Assembly: GCA_040289575.1 (NCBI GenBank)
Contig: PSLL01000002.1
Location: 116,195-146,829 of the forward strand
DNA: 30,635 nucleotides
Direction of reading: 5' to 3'
From: Candidatus Dadabacteria bacterium
GTDB taxonomy: Bacteria; Desulfobacterota_D; UBA1144; Nemesobacterales; CSP1-2
Shown: piece after piece, positions 8,736 through 18,993 of the stretch
Layout: each line of letters opens with the position of its first letter
Position numbering within the stretch: position 1 is the stretch's first letter
Made by a program: the position numbers and the translations under genes
The notes under the pieces: model-generated
What the model saw: the letters and a program-made list of their open reading frames with translations, nothing else
Told to the model about the DNA's origin: nothing
Database searches by the model: none

Positions 8736-9833
8736 CTACTCCACTAAGCTAAACTCAATCCCATATGAAGAAGTATTATTGAGCTTCAGTGAAAAACCAC
8801 GTAGGGCTAATTTCCTAAGGGTTTTGGCGAGTTCATCCGTATTTGTCCTTGAAATCACCAGAAATGAGACCCCTTTGTATCTAAAAATCCTCTCGGCTAT
8901 ACCCTTTATTTCGGGTGCTGCTAATAACGCATTATTTATTTGCTCATATTGGCTATAGCTTCCTAAATCATTAAACGAAATTTCTATAGTTCCATTTTTA
9001 TTCCCCCACCCTATGCTGCTGACAGCAGAGCCAGTATTACCCCATCTCTTATCGAACTCCGATTTGAGCTTTTCTGCCGCCTTGGCTCCCGCGTCTCTTA
9101 TTACCTCAAGGCCGATCAGTCTGAGGTCGGGACCGCTTGAATATGAACTCTCGCTCACCTCAGTTACTACTTTTCCATCTTTATCCTCGACTCTTATAAA
9201 AACGCTTCCAAGGGCATAATATGTGGTGGCCCCCCCTATTTTACTCTCCGTTGTCTTTAAACTTACATAAGCCTGTAATCTGATATCTCCTAGCGGCTCT
9301 ACAATCTTGTACCCTGAGCCTATGAGCGCTGTGGAAATCTCTCTTTTTATATCTGCGAGTGACAGGTCTTTAATAATCGGGTCGCTCTGGGGGCTTTGTA
9401 GAACTACTATTGATATTGAAGAGGGTCTTCCGAGCGGCTTGGTCGAAACGCCTGCCAGGTCTCCAAGCCTGTTCTTAAGCCCTTCAGAATCCACATTGGC
9501 TTCAACCGAGATTCTATACCCTTCTCCAACGGCGGTTTCATCGAGGATTCTGTAGCTCTTTACATATTTAAGTGGTCCCTTGCTCTTTAACTTTTGTATT
9601 AATTTATCATCTAGGTTTGGATTTATCTGTTCCGCAGCCTTCTCTATCGCCATCATAAGTGCATTTGAGAGCGCAATATCCCTTACAGAGGCAGCGGTTT
9701 TCCCTTCTAATGGTTCTACTCCTTCGGCTGAGATTAATATCGGAAATGCAGAATTAGGTATGAAAAGTAGGATAAGAAATACCGAAAGGCATAAGATTCT
9801 ATAAGCTCTCGACCCCTGTCGGATGAAATTCAT
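8736..9833 (-). CDS. Exported protein with FlgT-N/DUF2066-like N-terminal domain
   Basis: Signal-peptide-like segment (LCLSVFLILLFIPNSAFP) followed by AEG...RDIALSNALMMAIEKA...YVKSYRILDE...YRISVEANVD. Start moved to ATG 9833 (AAGGT upstream) to avoid overlap with the DUF4177 gene. Confidence 0.6.
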   Translation of the reverse strand: MNFIRQGSRAYRILCLSVFLILLFIPNSAFPILISAEGVEPLEGKTAASVRDIALSNALMMAIEKAAEQINPNLDDKLIQKLKSKGPLKYVKSYRILDETAVGEGYRISVEANVDSEGLKNRLGDLAGVSTKPLGRPSSISIVVLQSPQSDPIIKDLSLADIKREISTALIGSGYKIVEPLGDIRLQAYVSLKTTESKIGGATTYYALGSVFIRVEDKDGKVVTEVSESSYSSGPDLRLIGLEVIRDAGAKAAEKLKSEFDKRWGNTGSAVSSIGWGNKNGTIEISFNDLGSYSQYEQINNALLAAPEIKGIAERIFRYKGVSFLVISRTNTDELAKTLRKLALRGFSLKLNNTSSYGIEFSLVE

Positions 9834-9873
9834 ATACCTTTTTAACCCAAAAACACAGGAGATGTACCGTTTC

Positions 9874-10095
9874 CTAAATATTTTGTCCTTCCCTTGGTCT
9901 CTTAAATATCCCGAACTCTCCGAATATAGATACAAGTTCCCAGCCATCAGCCCCAATCTGGTTTAAATTCTGCTCGAAGCTCTTTCCTATTTTTGACCTC
10001 CTGTTAGTCGCCGCTTGTTTCGAGACAGCTATATCGTGATCGTTATGATCTGGGAAAAGCTCATCTACAGAAATTACTTTATAATCCCACTTCAT
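9874..10095 (-). CDS. DUF4177-family small protein
   Basis: MKWDYKV...LNQIGADGWELVS...FKRP signature. Confidence 0.85.
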   Translation of the reverse strand: MKWDYKVISVDELFPDHNDHDIAVSKQAATNRRSKIGKSFEQNLNQIGADGWELVSIFGEFGIFKRPREGQNI

Positions 10096-10295
10096 CTGTT
10101 CTCTCCCTCATCATTCGCGTTTAGTTGAGACTGATTTTCTTCGGGCTCTCCATCTACTATCAGGGGACATCCTTTATCAGATATATCGGGGAGTTTCTTT
10201 AGATACTCCTCATAGTCCTTTTTCACTATAGCCCCTTCGCGAATGTTTCTCTCAACGACTCTAACATCATACGTAATGTCAAATCTCCGATTCAT
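10092..10295 (-). CDS. Small hypothetical protein (67 aa)
   Basis: GGAGG RBS upstream of ATG 10295; YDVRVVERNIREG...DYEEYLKKLPD core; ATGA overlap with the DUF4177 gene. Confidence 0.75.
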   Translation of the reverse strand: MNRRFDITYDVRVVERNIREGAIVKKDYEEYLKKLPDISDKGCPLIVDGEPEENQSQLNANDEGENR

Positions 10296-10355
10296 AATTT
10301 GTCCTCCAGGATATTTATGATACACAGATAGACCTAGATTCGCAATTGCTGATAC

Positions 10356-11342
10356 CTACTTCCATCCAATCACAAGAGACGATGTAAGGGGAGGTTTTAG
10401 CCTTATCCACTCGGATTTTCTAAATCCCGCGTCCTCTAGCCAGCCCTTGACCTCCGAGAATGAATAATCTCGCCCTTTTGTTACAAGAAGCATTTGAATG
10501 GAAAATATAGCTCCAACAGCAGGGCTTGTAAGGGTATCATCAAGGATATGGTCTTTAATTATAATTCTCCCATTTCGATTCAAAGATGCATAAACCTTTT
10601 TCATGAGCTTTTGATTCGCCTCCTCATTCTCACTGTGAATGATGTTTGAAAGAAACGCCACATCAAACCCCCGTGGAATCTCATCCTTGTTATAGTCTCC
10701 TTCTACAATCTCAATCTTCCCATACATCTTCTCCCTCTTTAAAATCCTCCTCGTTACATTGAGTGTTCCTGGAAGGTCAAATATTGTAATTCTAAGATAG
10801 GGGTATTTTTTCAGAAATTGCATTGGATAAGTTCCCGGCCCAGAGCCAATGTCAATTATCGTTTTTACCCCTTTAAAATCCAGCATATTGCTTAAAACCT
10901 CCGCATCTCCCCTTGCCGTGACAAGTGTGTGCATTGCCATTATAAACCTTTCTGTCTCCTCCTCCTTCTCTTGAAACATATCGGGAGACCTAGCTGGCTT
11001 TCCCGTGCGAATTGCCTCCTCAAGCCTCCCCCATGTATCCCAGAGCCCTCCCTCAAAAAGAATCATCCCACCAAAGTATTTAGGTGAAGTCTTTACAAGA
11101 TACATAATAGAAGACTCAGTGTTGTAAAATTTCCTCCTTTCTTTGTTTAACAACCCTAAGGCTACAAGGGCGTTAAGAAGGAGTTCTGTCGCCCTATGGT
11201 TTGTGCCAAGTGTTCTAGCAATTGCATTAGAAGAGCTTCCCTTATTTCCAATTACGTCAAACACTCCAAGCTTTACCGCAACCTGAATAATCCTCGATTG
11301 AGTAAACCCATTAGCTATTTTGCTAAGTTCAGAAAAATCCAT
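10356..11342 (-). CDS. SAM-dependent O-methyltransferase (dimerisation + Methyltransf_2 domains)
   Basis: N-terminal winged-helix dimerisation region (AVKLGVFD...LLNALVALGLL), DIGSGPG, FDLP, GDY, SNIIH. Confidence 0.9.
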   Translation of the reverse strand: MDFSELSKIANGFTQSRIIQVAVKLGVFDVIGNKGSSSNAIARTLGTNHRATELLLNALVALGLLNKERRKFYNTESSIMYLVKTSPKYFGGMILFEGGLWDTWGRLEEAIRTGKPARSPDMFQEKEEETERFIMAMHTLVTARGDAEVLSNMLDFKGVKTIIDIGSGPGTYPMQFLKKYPYLRITIFDLPGTLNVTRRILKREKMYGKIEIVEGDYNKDEIPRGFDVAFLSNIIHSENEEANQKLMKKVYASLNRNGRIIIKDHILDDTLTSPAVGAIFSIQMLLVTKGRDYSFSEVKGWLEDAGFRKSEWIRLKPPLTSSLVIGWK

Positions 11343-11418
11343 TTATATCCTTCCTTCGCTAAAATGGGTTATAAAAAATGTAGTAATACCCTAACATTGT
11401 CCAATTATGAGTGAGGTA

Positions 11419-12375
11419 TTAGAAATCTATAGGACAATCACGGAGTTTCACAGATTTTATCTTTTTGCTAAACCACTGCCACGTTCGGCTAATCCCGTCT
11501 TCTAAATTCACATCCGGAGACCAGCCGAGAACCCGCCTTGCGAGCCCTATATCGAGAGAGATCCTCTGGACCTCTCCAGGCCGGGGCGGGGAATACTCTA
11601 CATCAAATTCCCTTCCCACTGCCCTTCGCAGTACTAATACAAGCTCATTTACAGATGTCTCCATTTCTGTCCCAATGTTGTATCTTCCGACAGGTGCATC
11701 AATGGCAAGTATATTTGCCCTTGCAACATCCTCAGCAAAAACATAGTCTCGTGTCTGATTCCCATCACCAAAAATCAGGCACGGCTTTCCCGATATTATA
11801 CGGGTACAAAAAATGGCTACGACACCCGCCTCTCCATGAGGGTTTTGTCTCGGACCGTAAACGTTTGAGTATCTAAGTGCAACATATTCGAGTCCGTAAA
11901 CGGCTCTATAATAGCCGAGATAGGTTTCAACAGCATACTTTGAAGCCCCATAGGGTGAAATGGGCATTGGAGGCGTGGTTTCATTCGCTGGCAATTTCTC
12001 AGGCTCTCCATAGATTGCGCCTCCAGTTGATGCGAAGATGAATCTTTTAATTCCGTGCTTTATGGAAAGCTCAAGTAGATTAAGTGTCCCGATAATGTTT
12101 ATCTCAGCGTCAAATGCCGGATCCTCTACCGATTGTCTTACATTTATCTGCGCCGCATGGTGATTAACTATATCGGGTTTAAAGTCGGAAAAGACCCTTT
12201 CTAAAGGCTTTCGTTCTCTAATATCGCATTTGATAAAATCGGCCTCTTCTGGGATGTTTTCTTCTATTCCTGTGAATAGATTGTCCAATATTAAGACCCT
12301 ATGTCCCTCTCTTATAAACGCATCAGCCACATAAGAGCCTATAAAACCCGCACCACCTGTGATAAGGATTTTCAT
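11419..12375 (-). CDS. NAD-dependent epimerase/dehydratase (UDP-glucose 4-epimerase-like extended SDR)
   Basis: TGGAGFIG, HHAAQ, STGGAIYG, YGASK, RYSNVYGPRQ, FGDGNQTRDYV. Confidence 0.93.
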   Translation of the reverse strand: MKILITGGAGFIGSYVADAFIREGHRVLILDNLFTGIEENIPEEADFIKCDIRERKPLERVFSDFKPDIVNHHAAQINVRQSVEDPAFDAEINIIGTLNLLELSIKHGIKRFIFASTGGAIYGEPEKLPANETTPPMPISPYGASKYAVETYLGYYRAVYGLEYVALRYSNVYGPRQNPHGEAGVVAIFCTRIISGKPCLIFGDGNQTRDYVFAEDVARANILAIDAPVGRYNIGTEMETSVNELVLVLRRAVGREFDVEYSPPRPGEVQRISLDIGLARRVLGWSPDVNLEDGISRTWQWFSKKIKSVKLRDCPIDF

Positions 12376-12555
12376 ACTATTCTTGCTCCTTGGGTTTAGT
12401 CTATTTCTTTCATAAGATTACAGCATTTTGAAAATTATCAAAGTTATTTGTGTTCAAATGGCCACCCTCTTCCTAGAATAACTGAGCACACTAAGAAAAG
12501 AAGATGTTGATGTAATAAAGACATTGTATTATATTAGAAGCTTAAAACCTGTAAA

Positions 12556-13338
12556 TTGAGTTGGATGAGCCTAGAGTCAAATTTAAGAGAAATACTAGAA
12601 GAGCTAAAAAGGTACTTTGAATTCCAAAAAATTCTGGGGCTTGAGGGAGTAGTAGCTATGGTAAGAGAGAAGAAAAAGGACCCATCTCAACACGAGACTA
12701 ATAAGGAAAAGAATGTAATAAAGGTCCGGGAACAACTCGGTATTTTTGACGTTCCTTCTAAAAAACTTACACTTGAAGAAATTCGTGAAGAGATTGATAG
12801 GAATTGTACAAGTAAGCTCCATCAGTTGCACAAAAATATTGTTTTTGGAGAAGGAAATCCAAAAGCAAGGCTTGTGTTTGTTGGAGAAGCTCCTGGAGAA
12901 GAGGAAGACAAACAGAGGAGACCCTTTGTAGGAAGAGCCGGTCAGTTACTCACAAGAATAATAAACGCAATGGGGCTTGAGCGATCCGATGTTTATATAA
13001 CCAATGTCGTAAAATGCCGCCCCCTCCAGAACAGAAAACCCGAGCCCGATGAGATGGCGTCATGTGAACCGTTTCTCCTTATGGAGCTCCGAACCATAAA
13101 TCCCGATGTTATTGTCTGTTTAGGAGCAACTGCAGCCCAATCCATACTAAAGACAAAGGAAAATTTAGGGAGTCTCAGAGGTAAGTTTCATTCCTATGGA
13201 AAGGCAAAGGTCATGGTCACATACCATCCTGCGGCGCTGCTTAGGAATCCCGCATTCAAAAAACCCATGTGGAATGATATGCAACTTGTCATGAAGGAAT
13301 TGAGGATTTCAAAAGGGGTTCCAAAATCGGGCGATTAG
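12556..13338 (+). CDS. udgA: Uracil-DNA glycosylase, family 4
   Basis: [41 protein letters not shown]. Start is TTG 12556 or ATG 12565. Confidence 0.92.
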   Translation: MSWMSLESNLREILEELKRYFEFQKILGLEGVVAMVREKKKDPSQHETNKEKNVIKVREQLGIFDVPSKKLTLEEIREEIDRNCTSKLHQLHKNIVFGEGNPKARLVFVGEAPGEEEDKQRRPFVGRAGQLLTRIINAMGLERSDVYITNVVKCRPLQNRKPEPDEMASCEPFLLMELRTINPDVIVCLGATAAQSILKTKENLGSLRGKFHSYGKAKVMVTYHPAALLRNPAFKKPMWNDMQLVMKELRISKGVPKSGD

Positions 13339-13401
13339 CTCAGTGGATAGAGTGCTGGCCTCCGAAGCCAGAGGTCGGGGGTTCGAATCCCCCATCGCCC
13401 G
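13329..13401 (+). tRNA. tRNA-Arg (CCG); CCA end not encoded
   Basis: Acceptor GGGCGAT/ATCGCCC, D arm GCTC-AGTGGATA-GAGT, anticodon arm CTGGC-CTCCGAA-GCCAG, T arm GGGGG-TTCGAAT-CCCCC. Confidence 0.97.
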
Positions 13402-13693
13402 TAAGTGAAAAATCCCCTGATTACCCATACATCTTAACAAAGGAACTAAATTCCACTGACAAGATATGACATCGGACTTATTCAAATGAATCTTTAGAAT
13501 ATTCAATTGGTGAAAAAAAATTATACCAGGTTACCTAAACGGGTTTACTCTCAAGGACAGTAATATCCTATCCATCCGCTTGATTAGCGGTTTAATCCCG
13601 ACTGCCCGTTGCCAAGAATACTTACCTCACAAGGAACTTACTTAAACAGTAAGTTAGTTCAAATAAAAATAGCAATACTGCTATAATCTAAGC

Positions 13694-14161
13694 CTATTTG
13701 ACCGTCAGGGTGCCCTTCATACCAGCGGCATAGTGGCCGGGAAATGTACAGATATATATGTAATCCCCACTCTCCTTCGGCACCGGAAAAGTCACTGACT
13801 TAGCCTGACCACCTGCAACGAGCCCTGTATGTGCAATAATCTCCTTTATCATATCCTTAGGAATATAGCCATTGTCCTTGGCGTTAAGTGCCGCATTGGC
13901 AAAGGCACCGGGATCCGCACCCTTTTTTAACAGTACGAAGTTATGGGACATCGCCTCGGGTGGCAAAGAGGTCTTGTTGGTAAGTTTTACAGTGAGTTTT
14001 TCGCCAGGCTTAGCAGAGATATGGTCGACACTAAACTTTAGGGTCTGCAGCCCCTCGATCTCGATGGTACGCGCCTGTGCAGAAAAGGCACGAATTTCTA
14101 ACATCATAAGAGATAAAAGCAGTAGAAATGTGATATGAAATACCTTACTCGTTTTTAACAT
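13694..14161 (-). CDS. Exported blue copper protein (azurin/auracyanin family)
   Basis: AAGGAGG RBS before ATG 14161; signal peptide; type-1 Cu ligands in MSHNFVL and YICTFPGHYAAGMKGTLTV. Confidence 0.93.
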   Translation of the reverse strand: MLKTSKVFHITFLLLLSLMMLEIRAFSAQARTIEIEGLQTLKFSVDHISAKPGEKLTVKLTNKTSLPPEAMSHNFVLLKKGADPGAFANAALNAKDNGYIPKDMIKEIIAHTGLVAGGQAKSVTFPVPKESGDYIYICTFPGHYAAGMKGTLTVK

Positions 14162-14329
14162 CTGCGCCTCCTTAAGATTGGTGATGATAATGATAGATAG
14201 CAAAGTTGAATGTGTTACCTCCATTTTCATTCCATATTAATAATACCTGATAAGTCATTAGCTTTCCTAAAAACTACATTGCACTCTGACTCTTATATTA
14301 GGCGCTAGTAACCTCTTTAAAGAATCTTT

Positions 14330-14512
14330 TCATTCATCTTCTAGAATAGATTTGATTTGCTCTCTAAGCTCAGGGGTATCCTTATGACCATGGCTAGTTA
14401 CTGCATGATATATAGCAAGTGGCAACACCTCTTCTTCTTTGCCCCTGATACTAACTGTACAGTTGTTCTCACTTGGGTATCTCCTACAATCTGCGACTTT
14501 TCTTTTTTCCAT
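14330..14512 (-). CDS. DUF1059-family small putative metal-binding protein
   Basis: AAGGAGG RBS before ATG 14512; DCRxxPSExNCT...EEEV...HAVxxHG..DTPELREQI signature. Confidence 0.85.
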   Translation of the reverse strand: MEKRKVADCRRYPSENNCTVSIRGKEEEVLPLAIYHAVTSHGHKDTPELREQIKSILEDE

Positions 14513-14597
14513 AATGCTGCCCTCCTTAGTTAATAACTTTGTGAAAAATATAACCATATAACCGACCAGCAATTGCAGAAAGGTATTTCAAACCCTT

Positions 14598-14963
14598 TTA
14601 TCTCCTATGCTGCTCGGCGTAGTGAATCATACCCGTAACATCAATCACTACAACAGGTTCGCCTCCAACAACCCAAGCATCATGCCCAGGTGGTAGATGA
14701 GATACATCGCCCGGACCAAACTCAGATTCTGTGCCGTCATCCATTTTAACCCTCAACCGTCCTGAAACGTGGTACTGGGTGTGTGGAGCCTCACAGCTTT
14801 TGGTCTTGGCTATCGGCTTAACATGCTCCGACCACTTCCATCCAGGTTCAAGGGTAGCTCGGCCAAATGTAACGCCTTCGACTGTAACAATCTCCACCTT
14901 CCCTTTGGGAAATGTGCGAGTTTCATCCGGTGAGCTTAGACTCTTTTGTTGTATCTTTGCCAT
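14598..14963 (-). CDS. Cupin-domain protein
   Basis: PDETRTF, PGWKWSEHVKP, SCEAPH, GPGDV..LPPGHDAWVVG; GAGGAGGT RBS. Confidence 0.88.
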   Translation of the reverse strand: MAKIQQKSLSSPDETRTFPKGKVEIVTVEGVTFGRATLEPGWKWSEHVKPIAKTKSCEAPHTQYHVSGRLRVKMDDGTESEFGPGDVSHLPPGHDAWVVGGEPVVVIDVTGMIHYAEQHRR

Positions 14964-15314
14964 GTTTTTTACCTCCTCAGGGTAGGATAGCTTGAGTATA
15001 CACTAGAAATGCTTCTATTCATGGTTGGAGAGAAATTCCGAATCGAAACGGATTACTAACTAAAATTCTTAAATAGTCCCAGCACTAAGTAAGGTTTGGA
15101 GGAGAAACAGCAGCTTTAGTTATTAAATACGACTGACGATAAAAACCCTACACTTAAGAAGACAATCTTAATCCTTAGATTATATAGCCTCCTCTGTGCT
15201 CAGAGACCCAATCATCCAGCAAGTTAGGTCATTTTATAATTCACTTTGGTATAATATTTGCGAATTACTTTTAAAGGCACTTGAAAAATTAAGTTACCTT
15301 AAAGCCCCTTATCT

Positions 15315-17612
15315 ATGAGTGGAGCAACATTAGTTGAAAGAGCCGATTTCCACCTTAAAATCGTCCAAGAGATTAGCGATCTTGTTAATCAGTCTAGAGG
15401 CTTAGATAATATCCTAAAGAATATAGTCAACAAAATAGGCGATTCGCTTCACTTCGATGTGGTATCTATTTATCTTTGGGACAAACAAAATAACGAGTTA
15501 ATTCTAAGAGCAACACGGGGTTTGAATGTAGCCTCAGATCATCCCATCCGCCTTAGACCAGATGAGGGGCTGACGGGTCTTGTATTTGAAACACGCCGAT
15601 CTCTAATTGTCATGCCGGCATCTGGTCATCCCCGTTATAGGTATTTTCCCGATATTGGTGAGGAGGAATATGAGAGTTATATCGGTGTGCCTATTCTACT
15701 TCAGAACAGGTGCCTAGGTGTCCTTGTTGGGCAGACAAAAGAGAAGCGATTAATCAATCCGGCGGAAGAAACACTATTTCAGATTATTGCCTCCCGCCTT
15801 GCAGGACTCCTCGAAGTAGCGGATAGACTAGAGCGATTACGCGCCCCATCCGTTTTAAAAAATGAGACTAGAACATTTCAAGGCAAAGGCGTTTCGGGGG
15901 GATTCGCCGTAGGAACGGTCTATCTCTCTCGCGGTCTGTTTCAAGAGGTATCAGTAGATAAGCTTGAGTCATACGGTGTGGAAGAGGAAATCTCAAGGCT
16001 GTTGGATGCCTTAGTAAGTGTGGATAAGGATCTCCTTAATCTCATTCAAGCCCTTGAGAAAGAGGGAATACTATCCGAGAATGAGATAAACATATTTCAA
16101 ACCCATCTTTTGATTTTAAAGGACTCTACCTTTCAAAAGACAATTATAGAAAAGATCAGAGAGAAGGGTATAGCAGCAGAACTCGGTGTCATAGAGGGAA
16201 TTGAATCCATAGCAGGACAGTTTGAAAACCTGGACGATCCCTATCTTAGAGAAAGGGCACAGGATTTTCGCGACCTTGGGGAAAAGATTCTCTATTACCT
16301 CTTACGCTCTAGGGGAAGAGAAAAGATCTTTACAAGACCCCGGGAAGGCTCCATTGTGGTTGCTTATGATCTGGGCCCCTCTTTCTTGGCAATGCTTCAT
16401 AAAAATAAGATTGCGGCAATAGTAACCGAGAAGGGCGGAGAGACATCTCATACCACTATCCTTGCAAGGTCTCTGGGGATTCCTGCCGTTGTGGGAATAG
16501 GAAATATTTGCAATCTTGTAAAATCGGGTGAAACACTCTTAGTTGATGGAAAGACCGGATTTATTTTTTCGAATCCCGATAAAGACCTAGTTCTTGAATA
16601 TGAAAATGCCTATCGTAATCTGGCTAGGCTAAAAGAGGTTATTGAAAGAGAAGAAGCAGATACTCATGATACCTCTACCTCGATTAAATTGACGGCCAAT
16701 ATCGGGTTTCCAGCCGACATAGAAGTGGCAAAACAATACCATTTAAAGGATGTGGGTCTCTTTCGGACAGAGTTTGCTTTTGCACAATACAGCAGATGGC
16801 CAGGAATCCAAGAACAGATAAAAATCTATGAGGACTTAGCACGCCAATTTGAAGGGTACATCACAATACGAACCCTGGATATAGGTGCCGATAAGCTACT
16901 TCCCTACTTTAACTTCCCTAACGAGGCAAACCCACTTCTTGGACTCAGAGCAATACGATTCTCTATGGAGTATCTAGATCTATTTGAGGATCAGATAAGG
17001 GCGATTTTGCTGACGGCAAAGAAAGGCTACTGTTTTCGAATCCTTCTCCCAATGGTATCCAATGTATGGGAGGTAGAAACGACAAGGGAAATATTAGAAC
17101 GGCTAGGAACTGAGATAGAAATACCACATACTGAGCTACCGCTCCTTGGAATCATGATGGAGGTGCCCGCTGTCCTTCATCAATTAGATGACTACAAAGA
17201 CATTATTGATTTCGTTTCAATAGGAACAAACGATCTAACTCAGTACCTCTTAGCTGTTGATAGGAATTCCAACATTGTAGGACACCTTTATTCCGGTTTT
17301 CATCCCGCCGTACTGCGGACACTTAATGATATCTTTCTAAAAACAAAATCCCTTGGAAAGGAGGTTACGGTCTGTGGCGAATTGGCCGGAACAGCATCAG
17401 GAGCTCTGGCACTAATATCAATAGGATACCGGCAGTTAAGTGTTTTGCCCTCCCGCGCTCCGGTTATTCGATACCTATGCAAACGAATTAATGAGGATCT
17501 CTGCCGCAGTGTCCAATCCAAAATCTTGGGTGAGAAAAAAGAGAGGGAAATAGAGAGGTATCTAAATGAAGCATTAGAATCTATTGACCCTAGCCTGGTT
17601 GAGTTTGAGTAA
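15315..17612 (+). CDS. ptsP: Phosphoenolpyruvate-protein phosphotransferase with N-terminal GAF domain (EI-Ntr)
   Basis: GAF (EGLTGLV...HPRYRYFPDIGEEEYESYIGVPI), phospho-His motif GGETSHTTILARSLGIPAVVG, GLFRTEF, RTLDIGADK, SIGTNDLTQY, VCGELAG. Confidence 0.95.
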   Translation: MSGATLVERADFHLKIVQEISDLVNQSRGLDNILKNIVNKIGDSLHFDVVSIYLWDKQNNELILRATRGLNVASDHPIRLRPDEGLTGLVFETRRSLIVMPASGHPRYRYFPDIGEEEYESYIGVPILLQNRCLGVLVGQTKEKRLINPAEETLFQIIASRLAGLLEVADRLERLRAPSVLKNETRTFQGKGVSGGFAVGTVYLSRGLFQEVSVDKLESYGVEEEISRLLDALVSVDKDLLNLIQALEKEGILSENEINIFQTHLLILKDSTFQKTIIEKIREKGIAAELGVIEGIESIAGQFENLDDPYLRERAQDFRDLGEKILYYLLRSRGREKIFTRPREGSIVVAYDLGPSFLAMLHKNKIAAIVTEKGGETSHTTILARSLGIPAVVGIGNICNLVKSGETLLVDGKTGFIFSNPDKDLVLEYENAYRNLARLKEVIEREEADTHDTSTSIKLTANIGFPADIEVAKQYHLKDVGLFRTEFAFAQYSRWPGIQEQIKIYEDLARQFEGYITIRTLDIGADKLLPYFNFPNEANPLLGLRAIRFSMEYLDLFEDQIRAILLTAKKGYCFRILLPMVSNVWEVETTREILERLGTEIEIPHTELPLLGIMMEVPAVLHQLDDYKDIIDFVSIGTNDLTQYLLAVDRNSNIVGHLYSGFHPAVLRTLNDIFLKTKSLGKEVTVCGELAGTASGALALISIGYRQLSVLPSRAPVIRYLCKRINEDLCRSVQSKILGEKKEREIERYLNEALESIDPSLVEFE

Positions 17613-18560
17613 ATCACATAGTTTTTTAACACCGGGAAAAGAGAGGATTTTCCTCCACCACACTTTTCTTTCCTTAGTCTTTCTGGTTATCTCATTTAAG
17701 AAATTAAGAACGATTCTATTAAATTCATCGCCCTTTTCAATAAAAAGGAGATGTCCGGTTCCTTTAAGAGTAATAAACTCTGAGTTCGCAATCCCTTCTG
17801 CAAGGCGCTTTGAGATTTCGGCTGGGATGATTCTATCCTCAGAGCCGGTCACCACAAGTGTCGGAGCCTTTATTTGATATACCCTATCAGCCGCATCAAA
17901 TTCCACCGCGGCTATAAACTGGCGTTTCCATGCATAGAGCGGCTGTAGATTGGCAAGTCGCCAATCTACAATACGATTAACCTCATCATCATGGGTTTTA
18001 AAGTATTCGGGCGTAAAGGCCAAAGAAAGCCCGTATCGAATCCTCTTCTCCGGCGTTAAGCCAAAGGAACTGATCTCCGGAACACTACCCTTACCACCAA
18101 GCTGAATCACATACGGCATTAATCCCCATAGCTTTGCAAAACTGTTCCAGAGATTGGAACTCATAGGCATAGTGTATTTCCCCCCAAAACTCGTCGAAAC
18201 TAAAATAAGGCTCTTTACCATACCTGGATGCCTTAGAGCCAACTCCTCAGCAATAAAACCCCCCATAGAGACTCCGAGAACATGGGCTGGGCCTTCACCG
18301 AGGGCTTTGAGAAGACCCGCTGCATCTTCTGCCATCATCTCGATTGTATATTCAACATCGGGCTTATCTGTATTTCCGACCCCGCGGTTATCAAAAACGA
18401 TAACCTTGTATTTCCTAGAAAAATCGGGAATCTGTTTAAACCACATCCAGCTTGAGTAGCCAAGCCCTTCAATCAGAAGAAGGGACTCACCCTCTCCATG
18501 AGTTTCATAGTATATATTGATGCCGTTTACCTTTACCTTGCCAGGTCTATGATTTTCCAT
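17574..18560 (-). CDS. Alpha/beta hydrolase (enol-lactonase PcaD-like fold)
   Basis: FDNRGVG, nucleophile elbow GVSMGG, GSEDRII (Asp), GTGHLL (His). Confidence 0.9.
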   Translation of the reverse strand: MENHRPGKVKVNGINIYYETHGEGESLLLIEGLGYSSWMWFKQIPDFSRKYKVIVFDNRGVGNTDKPDVEYTIEMMAEDAAGLLKALGEGPAHVLGVSMGGFIAEELALRHPGMVKSLILVSTSFGGKYTMPMSSNLWNSFAKLWGLMPYVIQLGGKGSVPEISSFGLTPEKRIRYGLSLAFTPEYFKTHDDEVNRIVDWRLANLQPLYAWKRQFIAAVEFDAADRVYQIKAPTLVVTGSEDRIIPAEISKRLAEGIANSEFITLKGTGHLLFIEKGDEFNRIVLNFLNEITRKTKERKVWWRKILSFPGVKKLCDLLKLNQARVNRF

Positions 18561-18993
18561 TCTGCTTTATCAAATCCAAGGAATGACTTATTCGTTGTTC
18601 TTTCTCTTTGTCAATTATCAAACCCCTTTCTTTAAAAACCTCCTTTGCAGCATACATAGCGTTAAGCGCTGCCGGAAAACCGGCATAGACCGCCATTTGA
18701 ATAATTATTTCTATAATCTCCTGAGGCGAAACCCCAACATTAAGTGCCCCATTAATATGCACCTTTAACTGTGAAACGGCATTGCCTAATGCTGTAAGTG
18801 CTGCAATAGTGGCAATTTCCCTCGATTTCAAGTCTAACCCAGGACGGCTGTAGACATCTCCGAAGGGAAATTCAATTATATAGCGGGCCAAGTCAGGAGC
18901 GATGTCTTTTAAACGTTCAATCACCTGCTCCCCAACCTTGGCATCAATCTCATTGAGTTTTTTCAACCCCTGTTCGTATCTATCTTTACTCAT
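18547..18993 (-). CDS. Carboxymuconolactone decarboxylase (CMD) family protein
   Basis: [27 protein letters not shown]...[13 protein letters not shown]...[21 protein letters not shown]. Confidence 0.92.
   Translation of the reverse strand: MSKDRYEQGLKKLNEIDAKVGEQVIERLKDIAPDLARYIIEFPFGDVYSRPGLDLKSREIATIAALTALGNAVSQLKVHINGALNVGVSPQEIIEIIIQMAVYAGFPAALNAMYAAKEVFKERGLIIDKEKEQRISHSLDLIKQNGKS

Noticed and set aside
9834..9956. Longer N-terminus for the 8736-9956 ORF
   Set aside because: Overlaps the DUF4177 gene; the signal peptide fits a start at 9833.
13380..13401. tRNA 3' end as attL of a genomic island
   Set aside because: No second copy of the tRNA 3' sequence and no integrase found in the window.
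14539..14556. Rex-like operator TTGTGAA-N4-ATAACCA upstream of DUF1059
   Set aside because: Second half-site matches only 4 of 7 positions; too weak.
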